A DNA stretch of 64,000 nucleotides from Mobula hypostoma (GCF_963921235.1 NC_086118.1:25050001-25114000); one strand, 5' to 3'; positions 13,035-26,530 are shown, counted from the first letter of the stretch. The notes: a model not told the origin generated them from the sequence alone. Numbers and translations are program-made.

Positions 13035-13999
13035 ACAGTGTGACCCATGCCACTCTTTATAAATACAACAGATAATGCTAATTTCTGATCATAGGTGGTG
13101 TGCATTTGGTGGTTTTGCTGAGAAAATTATTGAAACTTTAAAGATAAAAATATGAAATATAATGAAGTTGATATATTAGACAAGATAACATTTTAGCAGA
13201 GTGAATGTTGTAGAAAATGCAGAAGTTTAATAGGCAGTTTTTTAAAAACATCTTTTTAGTTCCTGGTAGTCTTGGCTAAACGTTTTTGTTCTGGAGCAAT
13301 GAGAAAATGGTTTCTTCTGCCAAGAGACACAGAAAAGGGAAGAACGTGCCCAAAAGTAATGGCTTCGGATGATATCATACACTAGTTGTTGTAATCCAGA
13401 GTGCAAAACTATGTTTTGTTTCATTACTGGGGTAGAGTGTGCACCAAGGGTAAAATCACTAGCCGCATTAAATGTGATCCATATAGATGGTTCTCACTTG
13501 TTCTCAGCTCAGCAATAGAAGTATTTGTTTTTCTGTTACCGACACTTGGCTGCCATTCAAACAGCAAAGCATTTGTTCATTTGGAAAGTAGACACTTCAG
13601 TGGTTAAAAACTGATGAATAAATGAGGTTACACTAATGTGATTTAACAAATGTGTTTGAAAACTTGTGTTGCATTTTAAACTGTGACAATAGTGGATTTT
13701 TTGGCACATAAAACATGTTAATTTTCCTTTTTGCTGGTGGTCCATGAAAATAAAAATAGAAGTGTAACTATTTCTATGTTGAAATATTTTTGTGGATATT
13801 ATAATGGAAAGATATTTGAATAAATAGAGTCATAGAGAAGTATATCAGAGAAAGAGGTCCTTTGGCCCATCTAGGGAGAGTGATTTGTGAAGGGGTGAGG
13901 GGAGATGACGGGACATGGGAATTCCCCTTTGTTTCCTTGTGGACCAACCCAAAGTAAACCTTTAACCTCTATGACTTTGGTTACTCAAAATTAACTGTT

Positions 14000-14560
14000 T
14001 TTATTGATGCACTATAGAAAGCATCCTATCTGGATGCATAAAGCTCAGTACAGCATCCGCTCTGCACACGACCACAATAAACTGCAGAAACTGCAGAAAG
14101 TTGTAAACACAGCTCAGCACATCACAGAAATTAGCCTCCCCACCACAGACTCTTGCTGCCTCAGTAAATCAGCCAGCATAACCAAAGATTTCCCCCGCCC
14201 CTCTTTCTCCTCGTTCTCTCTTCTCCCTGTTCCATTGGGCAGAAGATACAAAAGCATGAAAGCCCATACAGCTAGGCTCAAGGACAACTTCTACCCCACT
14301 GTTATAAGACAATTGACTGGTTCCTAGTATGGTAACATGGATATTTGACTCTCATTATCTACCCCATTATGATCTTGCAGCTGCTTATTTATCTGCACTT
14401 GCCCTTTCTCTGTAGCTTTAAACACAGTATTCTGCATTCAGTTATTGTTTTCCCTTGTACTTCCTCAATGTACTGTGTAAAGATTTGATCTGTGTGAACA
14501 GTAAGCAAGATAAGCTTTTCACTGTACCTCAGTCCACACGACAATAAGAAAACCCAATTT
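14000..14560 (+). mobile_element. Rex/Babar-type LINE 3' fragment
   Basis: ORF 14004..14327 (KLQKVVNTAQHIT...LGRRYKSMKAHTARLKDNFYPTVIRQLTGS) is homologous to the C-terminus of the element at 34570-35738. Confidence 0.8.
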
Positions 14561-14859
14561 TTGCATATTCCTCTTTCTTCTTCCCTTGAAGCAGGGATCA
14601 AAGATAGCTAGATTCTGTTGTATTATTTGTATTCTGCTGATGAAGCCAATATGGGATCCATAGGCTTGACATAAGTAGGGTGGGTGATGGTTGATGGAAC
14701 GGGTGGGTGGTTTATTTTGGAGCTTTTGTGCTCTGATGACAAATTTCAATGAGCTCATGAGATCAAGTGTGTATAAAGGTACTCAGCACCATCCCAAATT
14801 CTCCTTCTCCATTTCTGAGCAGTCACAGGCAAAAGATCTCCATAAGTCAACAGTAATGA

Positions 14860-15260
14860 TGGTTGAGTAAAAATTCATCAGGAGATGTTAAGATGTTAAG
14901 TTTCTTAAGTTGGCATAGGAAGTAAAATCTTTGCTGGGCTTTCCTAGTGATGAGCATAACATGCTTGTCCCACTTCAATTTATTGGTGATGTAGTCCGCA
15001 TGAGTTTAAATGACTCGACCATATACACAGCTGCAAGATGGCCTACCTCTCTTTGATAGCAGGTCACATCATTATTAGCGATTAGACCAACTACAGTTGT
15101 GTCATCTGTGAACTTTAGGATTTAAATGAATTTGTCTGTGGAGGTACAGTCATTTGTATAAAGTGAGAACCGGAGAGGTGAAAGAACACAGCCCTAGGGA
15201 GAACCTGTGCTTATAGGCATTGGATCAGACAAGTAGGATCTCAGCCATACATACCACTCC
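14860..15260 (-). mobile_element. Old Rex/Babar-type RT fragment
   Basis: Minus strand has aagttcacagatgacacaactgtagttggtcta (KF-DDTTVVGL-like) and a PQG-VLSPL-like segment. Confidence 0.55.
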
Positions 15261-17814
15261 CTGCCTTTGTATTATGAAAGTTGGTAATAGGATATAAAAT
15301 AATTTAGGTTATCTTGAGATCATAGAAAAAGGCAGTTTCTTAAGTGCAAGCCTTTCTCAGACATTCATAATTTCCAATTCAGCTATGAAACAATATAAAA
15401 ATCACCGCTTTTCTTTGTTCTGGATGTCTTCATGCATCCTGTCATCTGTGACAATGTTTGAGATCGAAGAGATATGAATGTATTTGAAAAACAAGCAAAT
15501 TTCACCCTTCATCTCGGTTTCAACATTTTTTTTTAGCTCATTTACATTCGGACATTGTGTGCTGCAGTCACACTAGATTTTCCAGAGTTAGATGCGACTG
15601 TGTACATTTCAGAACAATGTACGTTTTGGTTATTAATATGTCAATGGTAAAATATGAATTATTATTCTCAAATTTTAATTTCATTCTCACTGACTGTAGG
15701 GAACCGCAGGCCCACGACAGCTCCAAGTGGAGAAGGAGTATTCAATGCACAATAATGGTGGAATTATGAGCTGAAGCAGGCTTCATTGTGGAGAGCATGA
15801 AAAGCCATCTAGTGTACAGGTTTAGCAATTACCTGTATGTATGTCAGTACAAGTACTTCATGAGCAGAGCATTCTGGTAGGCATAGAGGTCAGCGAGCGA
15901 GCCAACAGAAGTGACCGAATGTGCAAAGTAAAATGCAGCTTATATTCACCTCAATATAACAAAGATCAAATGAATATTTTTAATGTACTTTTATCTAGGT
16001 TGGCCAACTTTTCCCAAATACCAGTTAGGAATACCGATAAATACGTTTTTGCATTTTACAGAGTTCTTATGCCACTACTGTATTTTAATTATGAAGCAGT
16101 GACCTTTATTAGATACAAAATAGGAAAATTTTGGAAATACTCTAAGATCTTCAATCTAAAATGTTAGTTCTATTTATTCTTTCTTCAGATATAGCCCGTA
16201 CTATTGAGAGTTTCAAGCATTTTCTGTCTTTATTTTAGATTTTGGGCATCTGCAGTGTTTTTTTGTTTTTCACAGTAAATTATAATGGTGAAAGACGCTG
16301 AAAGATACAGCTGAGTGAGTACCACTTCCAGAGACTGATTCAGTAGAGCTGAATAGAACTACACACATTTACTGTTGTGTGCTGTGTGCATGTGACTGAA
16401 GATAAATTTCTACATCCAGAACAAAAAGTCCAGTCTGAATTTCAGTGTGATTCCAATTGAGTCTTCTTAGGTAGTCCTTCAGAATCCAGGATGACTTGCT
16501 TCCACTCCGAGTTTGCAAATTCTGATGCGGCTAAACTGGAAACTACAAATGGAGCAGAAGGGGACTGATGGAGTGGCTGGGTGGGTGGATTGTGGGGGGT
16601 GGGTGGTCGTAGTCCTCCGGTGCATGATCTCTGTGCTGTCAACACACAGTATCACAGTTTTTTATACTCCTACGCTGTAATGGGCTTGAGGTTCCCTAGT
16701 GGATGTGGTATGCCTTCAGGCCATTCTCGGCTCTTTTTGTTGGGCTTCCTAATAACCACAACAAAGCTTAGAGATGAGTGACTGTTCCGGGAGTCTGATA
16801 TCAGTTATGTGAACAGTGCGGCCTGCTCAACGGTGCGGCCTTCTCAACATTGTTCACTCAGGGTAAACAGAACCTCAATGCAACGATGTTGGCCCCACTT
16901 TCCCTAGCAAAGTGTACTTTCCTAGTAGTATGGAATCCTGCAGTGCAAAAGATCCTTTAGCAAATGCAGGTTAAATTAAGTTGATAGTAGTGCAGGAGTC
17001 TTGTGTGCGACCAGAGTAAGGGCTCAGGAACATTGGCCAGATATATGGCCGGAACCAGGAGTTGGGGAAGTAGGCCTGTTGTGTGGCTGGAATTGGAGTC
17101 GGGAACGCAGGCCAAATGTGGGGGATCAGTCTGCTGTGTGGCTGGAGATGGGGTCTGCTTGTGCAGTAGGCACTGGGATTTGGAACATGGTCCAGATTGT
17201 GACCAAAGCCAGAATGGGAGCCTAAGGTCAGGTGCAGGGCTTGGTGAGTGGAAGGAACCTGAGGTCAGAATAGGGTCTGGAGTCCAAGTTCAGGAATGGG
17301 AGCTAGGTGAGTGGATTGAGCTACGTGGGGAATACGGGATGGAATTGTAGCCAAAGGAGTGCCATGTAGTTGGAATGCCATCTTTCCTAATATGTATTAA
17401 ACTTGCATACCCATGATGTTACTAAAATCAATTTATATGTCAATTATCTCATTGCTATTGGCTGCTGAATTGCCTATACTCAAAATGACAGCACTTCCAA
17501 AATAAACACACTTTCAGTCGTCAACCTGAGGTCTTGAAATGCATATCAATGCATGTCTTCCCCATGTTATACTTACTAAGTTAGAATATTCACAAACACA
17601 CGTGTTCTGTATGAGGATAAGTCTTAGGTGTTCTACTAATAATCAATAGCAATGAAGTCTACCAGCATCTGTCCTTTTTTAAATCTTGCTCGTCATGTTA
17701 GAATCTGCTCTAGAATATAGAGTAAATTCCCTATATTATTGAGTTCCCTCAAAACTAATTAATATGCTTGAAGACCTTGGCCTCAATATCTCCTTATACA
17801 AATAGATCCTCAAT

Positions 17815-18510
17815 TTTGTCACTTGCAAACCCTAGTCAGTTCAGATTGGCACAACATCTCCTCCACAGTCTCCATCAGCACAGGTGCACCACAAGGCCGT
17901 GTACTTAGCCCCCTGCTCTGCTCATTTTATGCTTATGACTAAAGCCTGATTTATTACTTCTGTGTCAACTCGATGCCGTAAGTACTACATTGCCGCAAAC
18001 CCTACGCAGAGCCGACGTGGATCCCTATGCCAGAGCCTCTCCCAAAATGAAACTGCGTGTCGCAGCAACGCAGACCGCAACAACTGTGGTTGGTCCGCCT
18101 GGTAGCATGGCTTTTCCTCCTACGCTGCAATAGCTTCCCATTGGGTGACTGAAGGGCAGAGAAGGAACTCTGGCTGCAATGCTTTCCTTAAAGCTTTACA
18201 GACCTCCGAAATTATAGAGGACACATTTTGCTTTTACGAAAAAAGTCGCTCGCTTTAAACTTGCTTACTCCGAGAAAGACTACCATGACCATGAAACCTT
18301 GTGCGGGCAGGTGTGTGCGCATGCACAACATGCCCGAATTGCAGAGCGACACAGACACTCCAACGCACAAGTATAAATGCTCACAACGTGTGTCAGTCAC
18401 TTGCATAGGTTACGGTATCGAGTTGACGCAGAAGTATAAATCAGCCTTTAGAAGCTAACCATAGCTTCAATGCCATATTTAAGTTTGCTGATGACACAAC
18501 TGGCTGGACC
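17815..18510 (+). mobile_element. Rex/Babar RT fragment interrupted by a MITE
   Basis: agcacaggtgcaccacaaggc (STGAPQG) before the MITE and tttaagtttgctgatgacaca (FKFADDT) after it. Confidence 0.7.
17943..18447. mobile_element. PIF/Harbinger-like MITE with ~40-bp imperfect TIRs and TWA flanks
   Basis: agcctgatttattacttctgtgtcaactcgatgccgtaa versus ttacggtatcgagttgacgcagaagtataaatcagcct; flanks taa (17940-17942) and tta (18448-18450). Confidence 0.75.
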
Positions 18511-18514
18511 CTTA

Positions 18515-19150
18515 ACAATGTTGATGGTCTAAGTCTATAGGTCCTTGGAAGCGCTGCTCATATTGACTGAGTGGTAAAGACGGTGAATTAGCTGAGGCAA
18601 TGGGTTCAAGAGTCAGAAGTTATTTTGCTGATAAGGCCACATCTGCAGTATTGCTTTCAGTTCTGGTTGCCCTATTATCAGAAGGATATCAAGGTTTTGG
18701 AGAGGGTACAGAAGAGGATTACCCAGATGTTGCCTGGATGAGAGGGCATGTGCATTGAGGAAAGGTAGGACATACTTGGGTTGTTTTCTCTGGAGCGGCA
18801 GCGACTGATAGAGGTTTGTAAAATTACGATCGGCATGGATAGAGTAAACAACTGGTTTCTTTTTCCCACGGCTGAAAAGTCTAATACTGGAAGGTGTATA
18901 TCTAAGGTGAGAGGGTATAAATTCAAAGGCGATTTTTTTTCCATAGAAAGTGGTACCTGAAATGCACTGCAAGGGTGGGTAGTGGAGACAGATATGCTAG
19001 AGGAGTTTAAGAGACTCTTGGTAGGTATTGAGTGAAAAGACAGTGTAGGTACATGAAACTGTGTGAGCAGAAAAATTTATTTTAGTAGCTTTTAAATACT
19101 AGCCTAATTAGCTCTGTTCAGCATCATGGATTGAAGGGCCTGTTCCTGTG
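18515..19150 (+). mobile_element. Older CR1 LINE 3' fragment
   Basis: Degenerate RPHL-YC-QFW-P / LERVQKR-T-MLPG coding remnants and tail gaagggcctgttcctgtgcagtagtgttctatgttc. Confidence 0.8.
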
Positions 19151-20033
19151 CAGTAGTGTTCTATGTTCATTGTACTGCCTGGATGATATGTTCCCTGTAG
19201 CAGTACTTGTACCTACAACTTTCTTATTCAGAGATTGAAACATTCCAATACAAAGTCCATTCACCTACATTCTTTGTGCCTCTGCTTTTGCAATTTTTAC
19301 CAGGATACCTAGAAATCTAAATAGCGTCAAGCATTCTTCTAAGTTTTCTTTAACGAACATGTTATGTAATCTCTATGCCCTGTGCAGAGGTAGTAGGCTC
19401 AAAGTGAGAGGGTTGCATTGTGTCCAACACTGATAAATCCGTAAAAAAAAATTACTTTCAGCAGTTAGATTGAAAAGAGGGCCATGCTTAGCACTTTAAC
19501 TCTGTTGGAGAAGCTGTGAACAGTCTTGCCAAATTGGATGTGAATGTAGATAGGTGAGAAAGATGCTTCTTCACCTTTCACATGGGCTGCCTCGTGTGAA
19601 GGTGGTGCTGATGAGGTAATTGCTGATGATACAGTTGTAAAAATAGTTGTTTTATTTCCCATATTTCCATGTCATTTGCCTAGTTTAAATGGTATTTTAT
19701 TAGCATGTTGAACAGACACCAAAGCAGCATTTCCTCATGTCACAGATGTACATTCCCAGCCAGCACTTGTGGATAAACTTTAGTGATTTTTCTGCAGGTG
19801 CTCAAAACCTATCGTTCGTGTTATATATGAACATCTTACATTATTGTTAGAATTCACATCAATGTCATTTGAAAGCTGAGCATTATCTATCCAAGATCAT
19901 TGTGTTTGCATTATCAGTGATCTGACCTTTACTTTTCCACCTATTTTCTATTGACAGGAAGACTGACAGCTGCAGAGAGCCAACATCTGTCATGAAGGTA
20001 GCTGCAATGTCAGAGCAACTGGAAATGGTATAT

Positions 20034-20282
20034 TGTCATAAGTACAGAGAGACACACCATCTCTATGAATCATTTCAAAACATGAATACTGTTGTGTCTG
20101 TGCACAACTACATATCAATTAAATAAGAGCACGCACATGGGTGATGGTGTATTCACATTGCAACACGAGAGAGAGAGAACAATGCATGTGCATAGACAAC
20201 AGCGCATGGCGCAGACAACAGATCAATATGTGGTACTAAATAGGGGGTCATTGCTCTAAAAGTAGTAGATCTATACATTACA
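20034..20282 (-). repeat. Probable 3' LTR of a Gypsy element
   Basis: On the minus strand the polypurine tract aaagggggaggaag (20283-20296) is directly followed by TGTAAT. A candidate end ATGACA lies at 20034; this distal end is less certain. Confidence 0.55.
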
Positions 20283-20415
20283 CTTCCTCCCCCTTTAGGT
20301 TAATGCAACATAAAACTCTATACCGTATGTACAAAGCATTCAATTTCCCTTCCATAAACCCATATTCCACATAAACATGCTTTCACAATAATAGTCCATA
20401 ACTAACTTCTCAGTT

Positions 20416-21680
20416 CTAAAGATTTAGTCTCTTGGGTGGAGCTCTGTTCCTTTTAGGGTAGTGCCCCTGGGCCTGTGGAGTGGAATCAGGTTTGGCGCAT
20501 GTCTTGTCAATGATAATGTTCTCATCGCGCCTCTGGACCTGTGGAGTGGCATCACATTTGGTAGGTATCTTGTCAAAGAAAACCTCTGTTTCCGATGTCA
20601 CATTGCTGTCAGTGACGTCATTACTGAGAGATAAGATCAGTGACTGTAATATGTCCGTCTTGTTGGATGCAGTCAACTTAGTTATATACTTTAGTTAAGC
20701 ATCCAGTATCTGGTCCGCATGACGTCTCCATATCTGATTTCCAGCATCCACAGTGTACATCACTGGTCCAGTTCTTGCAGGTATCCTACCAGGTGTCCAC
20801 TTGTCCTTACAGTGTCATGTGCTACAATACCCTGGCCATTCTTGACGCTCTTTGCTGCTTCACTTGGAAACTAACTGAACTGTTTATTCTGCACTTCCCT
20901 CCGGAGGTCTGGTTTCAGGAGGTCTATGCAAGACCTCAGATTCCTGTTCATGAACAGCATTGCAGGTGTTTGATTTGTCATCACATGAACAGAGTTCTGA
21001 TATGCAAAAAGCAAGTTGTCCACCTTGTGCTGAAGAGAAATGTCCTCCTCGTCCATCACTTTAATGGACTTCCTGAAGGTTCGGATAAACCCTTCAGCTA
21101 ACCCATTCATTGCTGGGTGGTGAGGAGTTGGCTTGGAATGTCTGATGCCATTTTTCTTCATGAGCAGTCAGATTCTTGTGACATGTATTGTGACCATTGT
21201 CACTCGCAATTTGTTCTGGTAAGCCATTTCTGGAGAAGATGGTCTTCAAAGTGGAGATAGTCTTGGCTAAAGTGATTGACTTTATTGAGATAAGCTCCGG
21301 GCACTTTGAATGAGCATCCACAGCAATCAGAAACTTGAGTCCATGAATGGCCCAGCAAAGTCAATACGTACTCTCTTCCAAGCTGATGACAGCTACTCCC
21401 ACGGGTGTAATGGTGCCTGTGGGTGTGCATTTTGAACTTTTTGGCATCCGGAATAGCTTTTGGCCAAGTCTTCGATCTGTTTATCTGTTCCCGGCCACCA
21501 CAGGTAGCTCCAGGCAAGACTCTTCATCTTGTCTGTTCCCAGGTGTCCTTTGTGCAGATTTTCTAACACTCTGGTGTGCAGTTTAGAGGGAACCACAGCA
21601 CGAGATCCACACATCTGCTCCCTTTGACATACTGACAGTTGGTCACACCTTGCTGAGCACTCTGGAAACAGGGTTACCAT
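20416..21680 (-). mobile_element. Gypsy (Mag-like) pol remnant: integrase zinc-binding region, core and C-terminus; frameshifted
   Basis: LHKGHLG...MKSLAWSYLWWPG-DKQIE...CQK; DAHSKCPE; FSRNGLPEQIASDNG; PHHPAMNGLAE; terminal YPKRNRAPPKRLNL. Confidence 0.9.
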
Positions 21681-21709
21681 GTTCGATTATGAGAACACTC
21701 AGTCCTCAT

Positions 21710-22920
21710 AGAGCTGCATTCCTGGAATCCTATGTCTTTTTTTGAATGAGTTTAATGTTTTGAAGTTACAAAGCATAACATTAGTGACAAGGTATTTTTT
21801 AAAAGAATCCTGAGAACTACTGACTTAATGAAACGCAGCAAGACATTCAAATTAAAAAATACACAGCGAGGAATGTTGAGTTAAAGAAAATGCAAGCAGT
21901 ACAGCACATCTTCTTTGGAACGGAAGACACGATCAAGTTTTTAAAAAAAGGCAGTAACAAGAGAAATTCAGGGGCCCATAAAGAGTGAGTACCTAGTATA
22001 ATAATTATTTTTTTAAGAAGTATAAATGGCTGACTATATCAGAAAATTGCCATGTTTGATTGCAAAAAAAGATAACTGGAATATGTATACTGAGCTAATT
22101 CTACAATATTTTGAAGCAAATGAAACAGCCAATGAGAAATGGGTGCCAATTTTGCTGAGTTCATTGAGTTTAAAGGCATACAGTTTACTTCGAAGTTTGA
22201 CTACTCCAACTAAACCAACAGAAATGAGCTTTGCCGATATTGTCAAAACCATGCAGGAACATTTAAAACTGAAGCCATTGTTAATTGCAGAGTGCCTTAG
22301 GTTTCATAAGCATAATCAAAAGGAAGGGGGTGTCCATTTCAGCATTTGTGACTGAATTGAAGAAATAGTGTGAGCATTGCCAGTTTGGTAATGAGCTTAA
22401 TAATGCACTGAGAGATTGATTAGTTTGTGAAATTTTACAAGTATTCAAAAGCAGCTCCTAACTGAAACGCAACTTATATTCAGAAGAGCAGTTGAAATTG
22501 CTGTTTCAATGGAAACCACAGACAGAGATACAATTGATTTGCAGTCAGGAATGAATGTGAGTGTGAACAAAATGGCAATGCCTGAACAGAAAATGGCAGA
22601 TCTAATTAAGTCACCATTGTGGCAGGAGCTCACATTCACCAAACAAATGCAGGTTTAAAGGTGAAACTTGCAGAAAATGCAACTAAGAGCATGTTGGTCA
22701 GATGAAAATGAATGGACTGCCCAGGGAAGAGAAAAAGCTAGAAAGTCAAGTTGCAGTTTCAAAAAGAGCTCTGATCTGCATGCTATTGATGAAAAATTTG
22801 ATAATGATGAGAGTGACACGGGACTGTGTACCTTTGAGATTTACAATGTGAAAATTAACAATTGACAAGCAATATGACTTGCACCAGAAGTGAACGGCAA
22901 ATTAATTAAAATAGAAAGAG
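21710..22920 (+). mobile_element. Gypsy (Mag-like) 5' LTR end, PBS-like site and decayed gag
   Basis: ...cataaca|ttagtgacaagg at 21780 resembles an LTR end plus PBS. ORF 22026..22355 (QYFEANE...VPILLS...AYSLLRSLTTPTKP...KPLLIAECLRFHK-NQKEG) is gag-like. Confidence 0.85.
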
Positions 22921-23917
22921 AAAGTGCCGTGCAGGTATTCAGTAAGCTGCAGGAGTCATGACAAGGTGATTTTAAAGGCAAGAGTTCGGCTTTAATGTAC
23001 AAGAGATAGTTTAAGTATCTTATAACAGTGAAATTGAAGCTGTCCTCGAGCTTCGTGGTGTTTACTTTTCAGCTTTTCTGTCTTCTCGCCACTAGAGGTA
23101 TGGGGGATGATTAGATGGGGAGAGAAAATTGTTCAGAAAGGGAGGGATCTTTTTTTTATGCTGGCCGTTTTTCCAAGGGAGTGAGAAATGCATACAGAGT
23201 ACATAGAGGGTGGCCAGCTTTTATAATGGACTATGCTGTGTCCACAACTCTCTATAATTTTTTGCAGTGTTGGGCATGATTGAAGAAGTATTAGGATGGT
23301 TCAGTCTTGCTGTCACTGTCAAAGTTATTGCCCAAAACTCTTATCTTCCTTTCCCTAGTCACTGACTCCATTCATGTCTGACATTGGACCCGGGTTTTGC
23401 AACCTTGGTATCTTATTTAAGCTTAAAATGTGTTTCAACTATATCCCCATGTTAATGCTCGGTTTACCAATTTCCTTCTTCTAAATAATCACTCACTACA
23501 TCCTTGTCTCAGCACATCTGCTGCTGAAGTGATTACCCATGGTTTTCTAACCTCTGGATTTGACTATTTTAACATAAACTTGTCATTCATGACTCTGGTG
23601 TCTCCTATCAATCCTGTCCCTGCTCTTGTCAGCAAATATTAGCATCTAGTTAAGCAATCTCCAGATTCACCACTATTTTACATAACAGCCTTATTTACTG
23701 GGTGCACTACTTTTAACATCAATTAGCATGCACAGATGCTGTCAGTATTGAGTTCATTTTAAATGCACTAATGACTTCAAATTAATAGAATATATTGCAT
23801 GCATGTTAACCATAGTTCAAAGAGAAATACCATACCCCAACCCATAAAGCCGGATGAAGTTCTAGTAACTTGATTTTTCAGAATAAATGGTAAACACTAT
23901 GTTATGAATATTTTTGT

Positions 23918-24085
23918 TTAGAGGCACAACACAGTAACAGGCCCTTCTGGACCAACAAGCCCAAGCCACCCAATTATACCCATATGACCAATTAACCTAC
24001 TAATCCATCCATCTTTGGAATGTAAGAGGAATCCCAGGTGGTCGTGGGGAGAACATACAAACTCTTTACAGACAACAGTGGGATT
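23918..24085 (-). mobile_element. HE1-like SINE fragment
   Basis: tttagaggcacaacacagtaacaggcccttc...gaccaattaacctactaa...ggggagaacatacaaactctttacagac, homologous to 52562-52850. Confidence 0.6.
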
Positions 24086-25678
24086 TATAAATAATGTTTA
24101 ACTCCTGGGTAATTCTAGCAGCTTCAATCCATGAATAGGAAGGACAATGTTTTTAGGATGTGTACCTTGAAATTAGATTTTATAATCCATATTTTTCAAT
24201 GTTACGTGAATTAATTTTTTTCCTAGAATGGAAAGTGATGACGACAGTTTTCAGCTTTTTCCTTTGCATCACATCGGCGCCTGACTTTTAACACCAATTA
24301 ACAGGCACATTGGAAGTTAATTCGTCTCTATGAGATGTGATTCCTGCTGCTTTTTTTTAAACCTCATTCAGTTTCCACATCAGCTACAAATAAGGTTATG
24401 TGCATGTGCCTTTTGGAGAATAGTAGCGGTTATCAGATCATATTGTCCTGAAGGAAACTCTGTCACTGGATAGTCTTCTGACAAACTAGATATTTACATC
24501 ATACTTGTGTTTAATCCCTTGCCTCTATACTGACCAGTCCCCTACCCCCCAATGTCATTTCCAAAGCCCTGTAATCCTGACCCTAACCCACCATTCTCAG
24601 TCCAAATTCCATGTTCTCTCTGCCAATCCCATAAATTGCTTCTGATTTTGTAAAGCAGTGGCAGTCCAATTTGCCCACCACATCCTCAGTCCTCTCCCAG
24701 ATCATTTGCTTGATCCACTAGCCCTGATCTTGCTTGTAGAAATGTGTGCTGTGCTAGCAAAGTAACTCCAGATGCTTTCACTTAATCTTGCTCAGCCCCA
24801 CATCACGATGTTTGGATTATGGTGATAATCTTATCCTCCTCCACCAAAGACCAGGACTTGGCCTTATTCTTAGCTGGCACACTTTCAGTTATGAAAGTAT
24901 GTAACAGGGCCTGCAACCAAAATGGTTGCAGAAGGCATCTAGTGCATCTTCTTGGCTATACAAAAACCCCCTGGCTTTACATTTTTGTTGATTATTACCA
25001 TTTGTTCTGGCAAAAGTCGAGAGGGGAGGCTCTCGTTATTCACCCATAGGATGTGGCACTTTCTAGCAATGTTGGTACTAACTGCCTATACTTAATTAAC
25101 TTAAACTGAGAGAACTGTTAAGAGGCAACTACGTCAGTGGATCAGGGGTCTCAAGTAGGCCATGTTGGCTAAGGATGGTAGATTTCCTTCCCCAAATATC
25201 ATCACTGAACCAGTTGAGTTATCAGTTTGTTTCATGGTTAAAGTTGCTGAGACTAGCTTTAATTTTATAAATTCCAGGTTTGTTTGATTAGTGGATATAA
25301 ATTCTGGATCAGTGTTAGAGTTCTGGCCACTGGACTGGTAACTAAATCCTTGTACAGCTGTAACCCTGAGGAACTTTATCTATCAAGAGAGACGCATGGC
25401 TAGGTTCAGAATAATGATATTTTAGTCACATATTTAAATGTAAGATATTAATATATCTGTGTTCTTGGGTATTTTAATTATTTAGTTCTGAAATCTGTTT
25501 GTGTATATCACACAGAGAATTATTCAGAGTTTTTTAGAGAAGGCTAGTGTTGGGCCTATAGTGTCCCAAAGTCATTACTGATTTGTGTACAATTTGAGCT
25601 CTCTAATGTACCCTACATGTTTTGTTTTTGATGACTATTGGCTTACAGTGGCCTGGAAATTTCAAGCTTGCTAAACTT

Positions 25679-25930
25679 GGGCGACATGATACCATAGTGG
25701 TTAGCACAACGCTTTACAGTACAGGTGACCCCGGTTCAATTTCTGCCTCTGCCTGTAAGGAGTTTGTACGTTCTTCCCCATGGCTGTGTTTCCTCTCACA
25801 TTTCCTGAGACATCCCGGTTGATAGATTAATTGGTCACCGTAAACTGTCCTGTGATTATGTTAGGGTTAAACCAGGGGTTGCTGGGTGGTGTGGCTTGAA
25901 GGGTTGGAAGGGCTTATCTCAACAAAGTAA
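25679..25930 (+). mobile_element. HE1-like tRNA-derived SINE
   Basis: A-box-like tagtggttagc, B-box-like ggttcaatt, body tgtaaggagtttgtacgttct and gattaattggtca. Confidence 0.65.
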
Positions 25931-26530
25931 AAAAAATTAAAAAAGCATAGAAATGAGAAAGAGCAGGGGAGATATGTAACAATTGGTTCCAGTGCCCCAA
26001 GGAATGTTTTTATTGGTATTGCAAATATGCAGTGGTTTTTTCTGTACACAGCAGACATGATTTTCAATCTTCTTCACCATTACTTACCTTGGTAAGATTT
26101 TGAGGAGCACACATTACCCACGAGCTAACCAGTGTTGTCTGGTACACTTAAAGTGGTAGTTTTCAACAAGCTTCTTCCGGAAACAGCAAGGCGAGTGTAA
26201 GCTGAACTGCAGTAAAGTATAGAGGGAGGGAAATGTGGTGTTTCCGATTCGGCATTGCAGATCATAGTGGAAGTAGATGCATGGAGAAAGGATCAAATCC
26301 TTCTGGGCTTTCTCAACCAGGAAAAAAAACCAAAGATCTTTTCTAAAAATGGATCAGAAATCCAGTCAATCACTGTAAATGTACAGATCGTGTTGATGAT
26401 TTTAGTGACTGACTCCCCAACAAAATTGATGCCTTTTGCAGTGCAGGAACGGATCTGCACCCTTCTGTTGGTCTTGCTTCCTGACCTGGGCAAACTTTCT
26501 CACTCTGTTTCACTGTTGCCTTCATTAAGT

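Noticed and set aside
15700..15775. Exon-like segment after ctgactgtag
   Set aside because: All three frames stop within 75 nt, there is no good donor, and no recognisable homology.
16990..17350. G-rich ORFs 17001..17225 and 17003..17350
   Set aside because: Degenerate low-complexity purine-rich sequence; no consistent repeat unit or recognisable protein.
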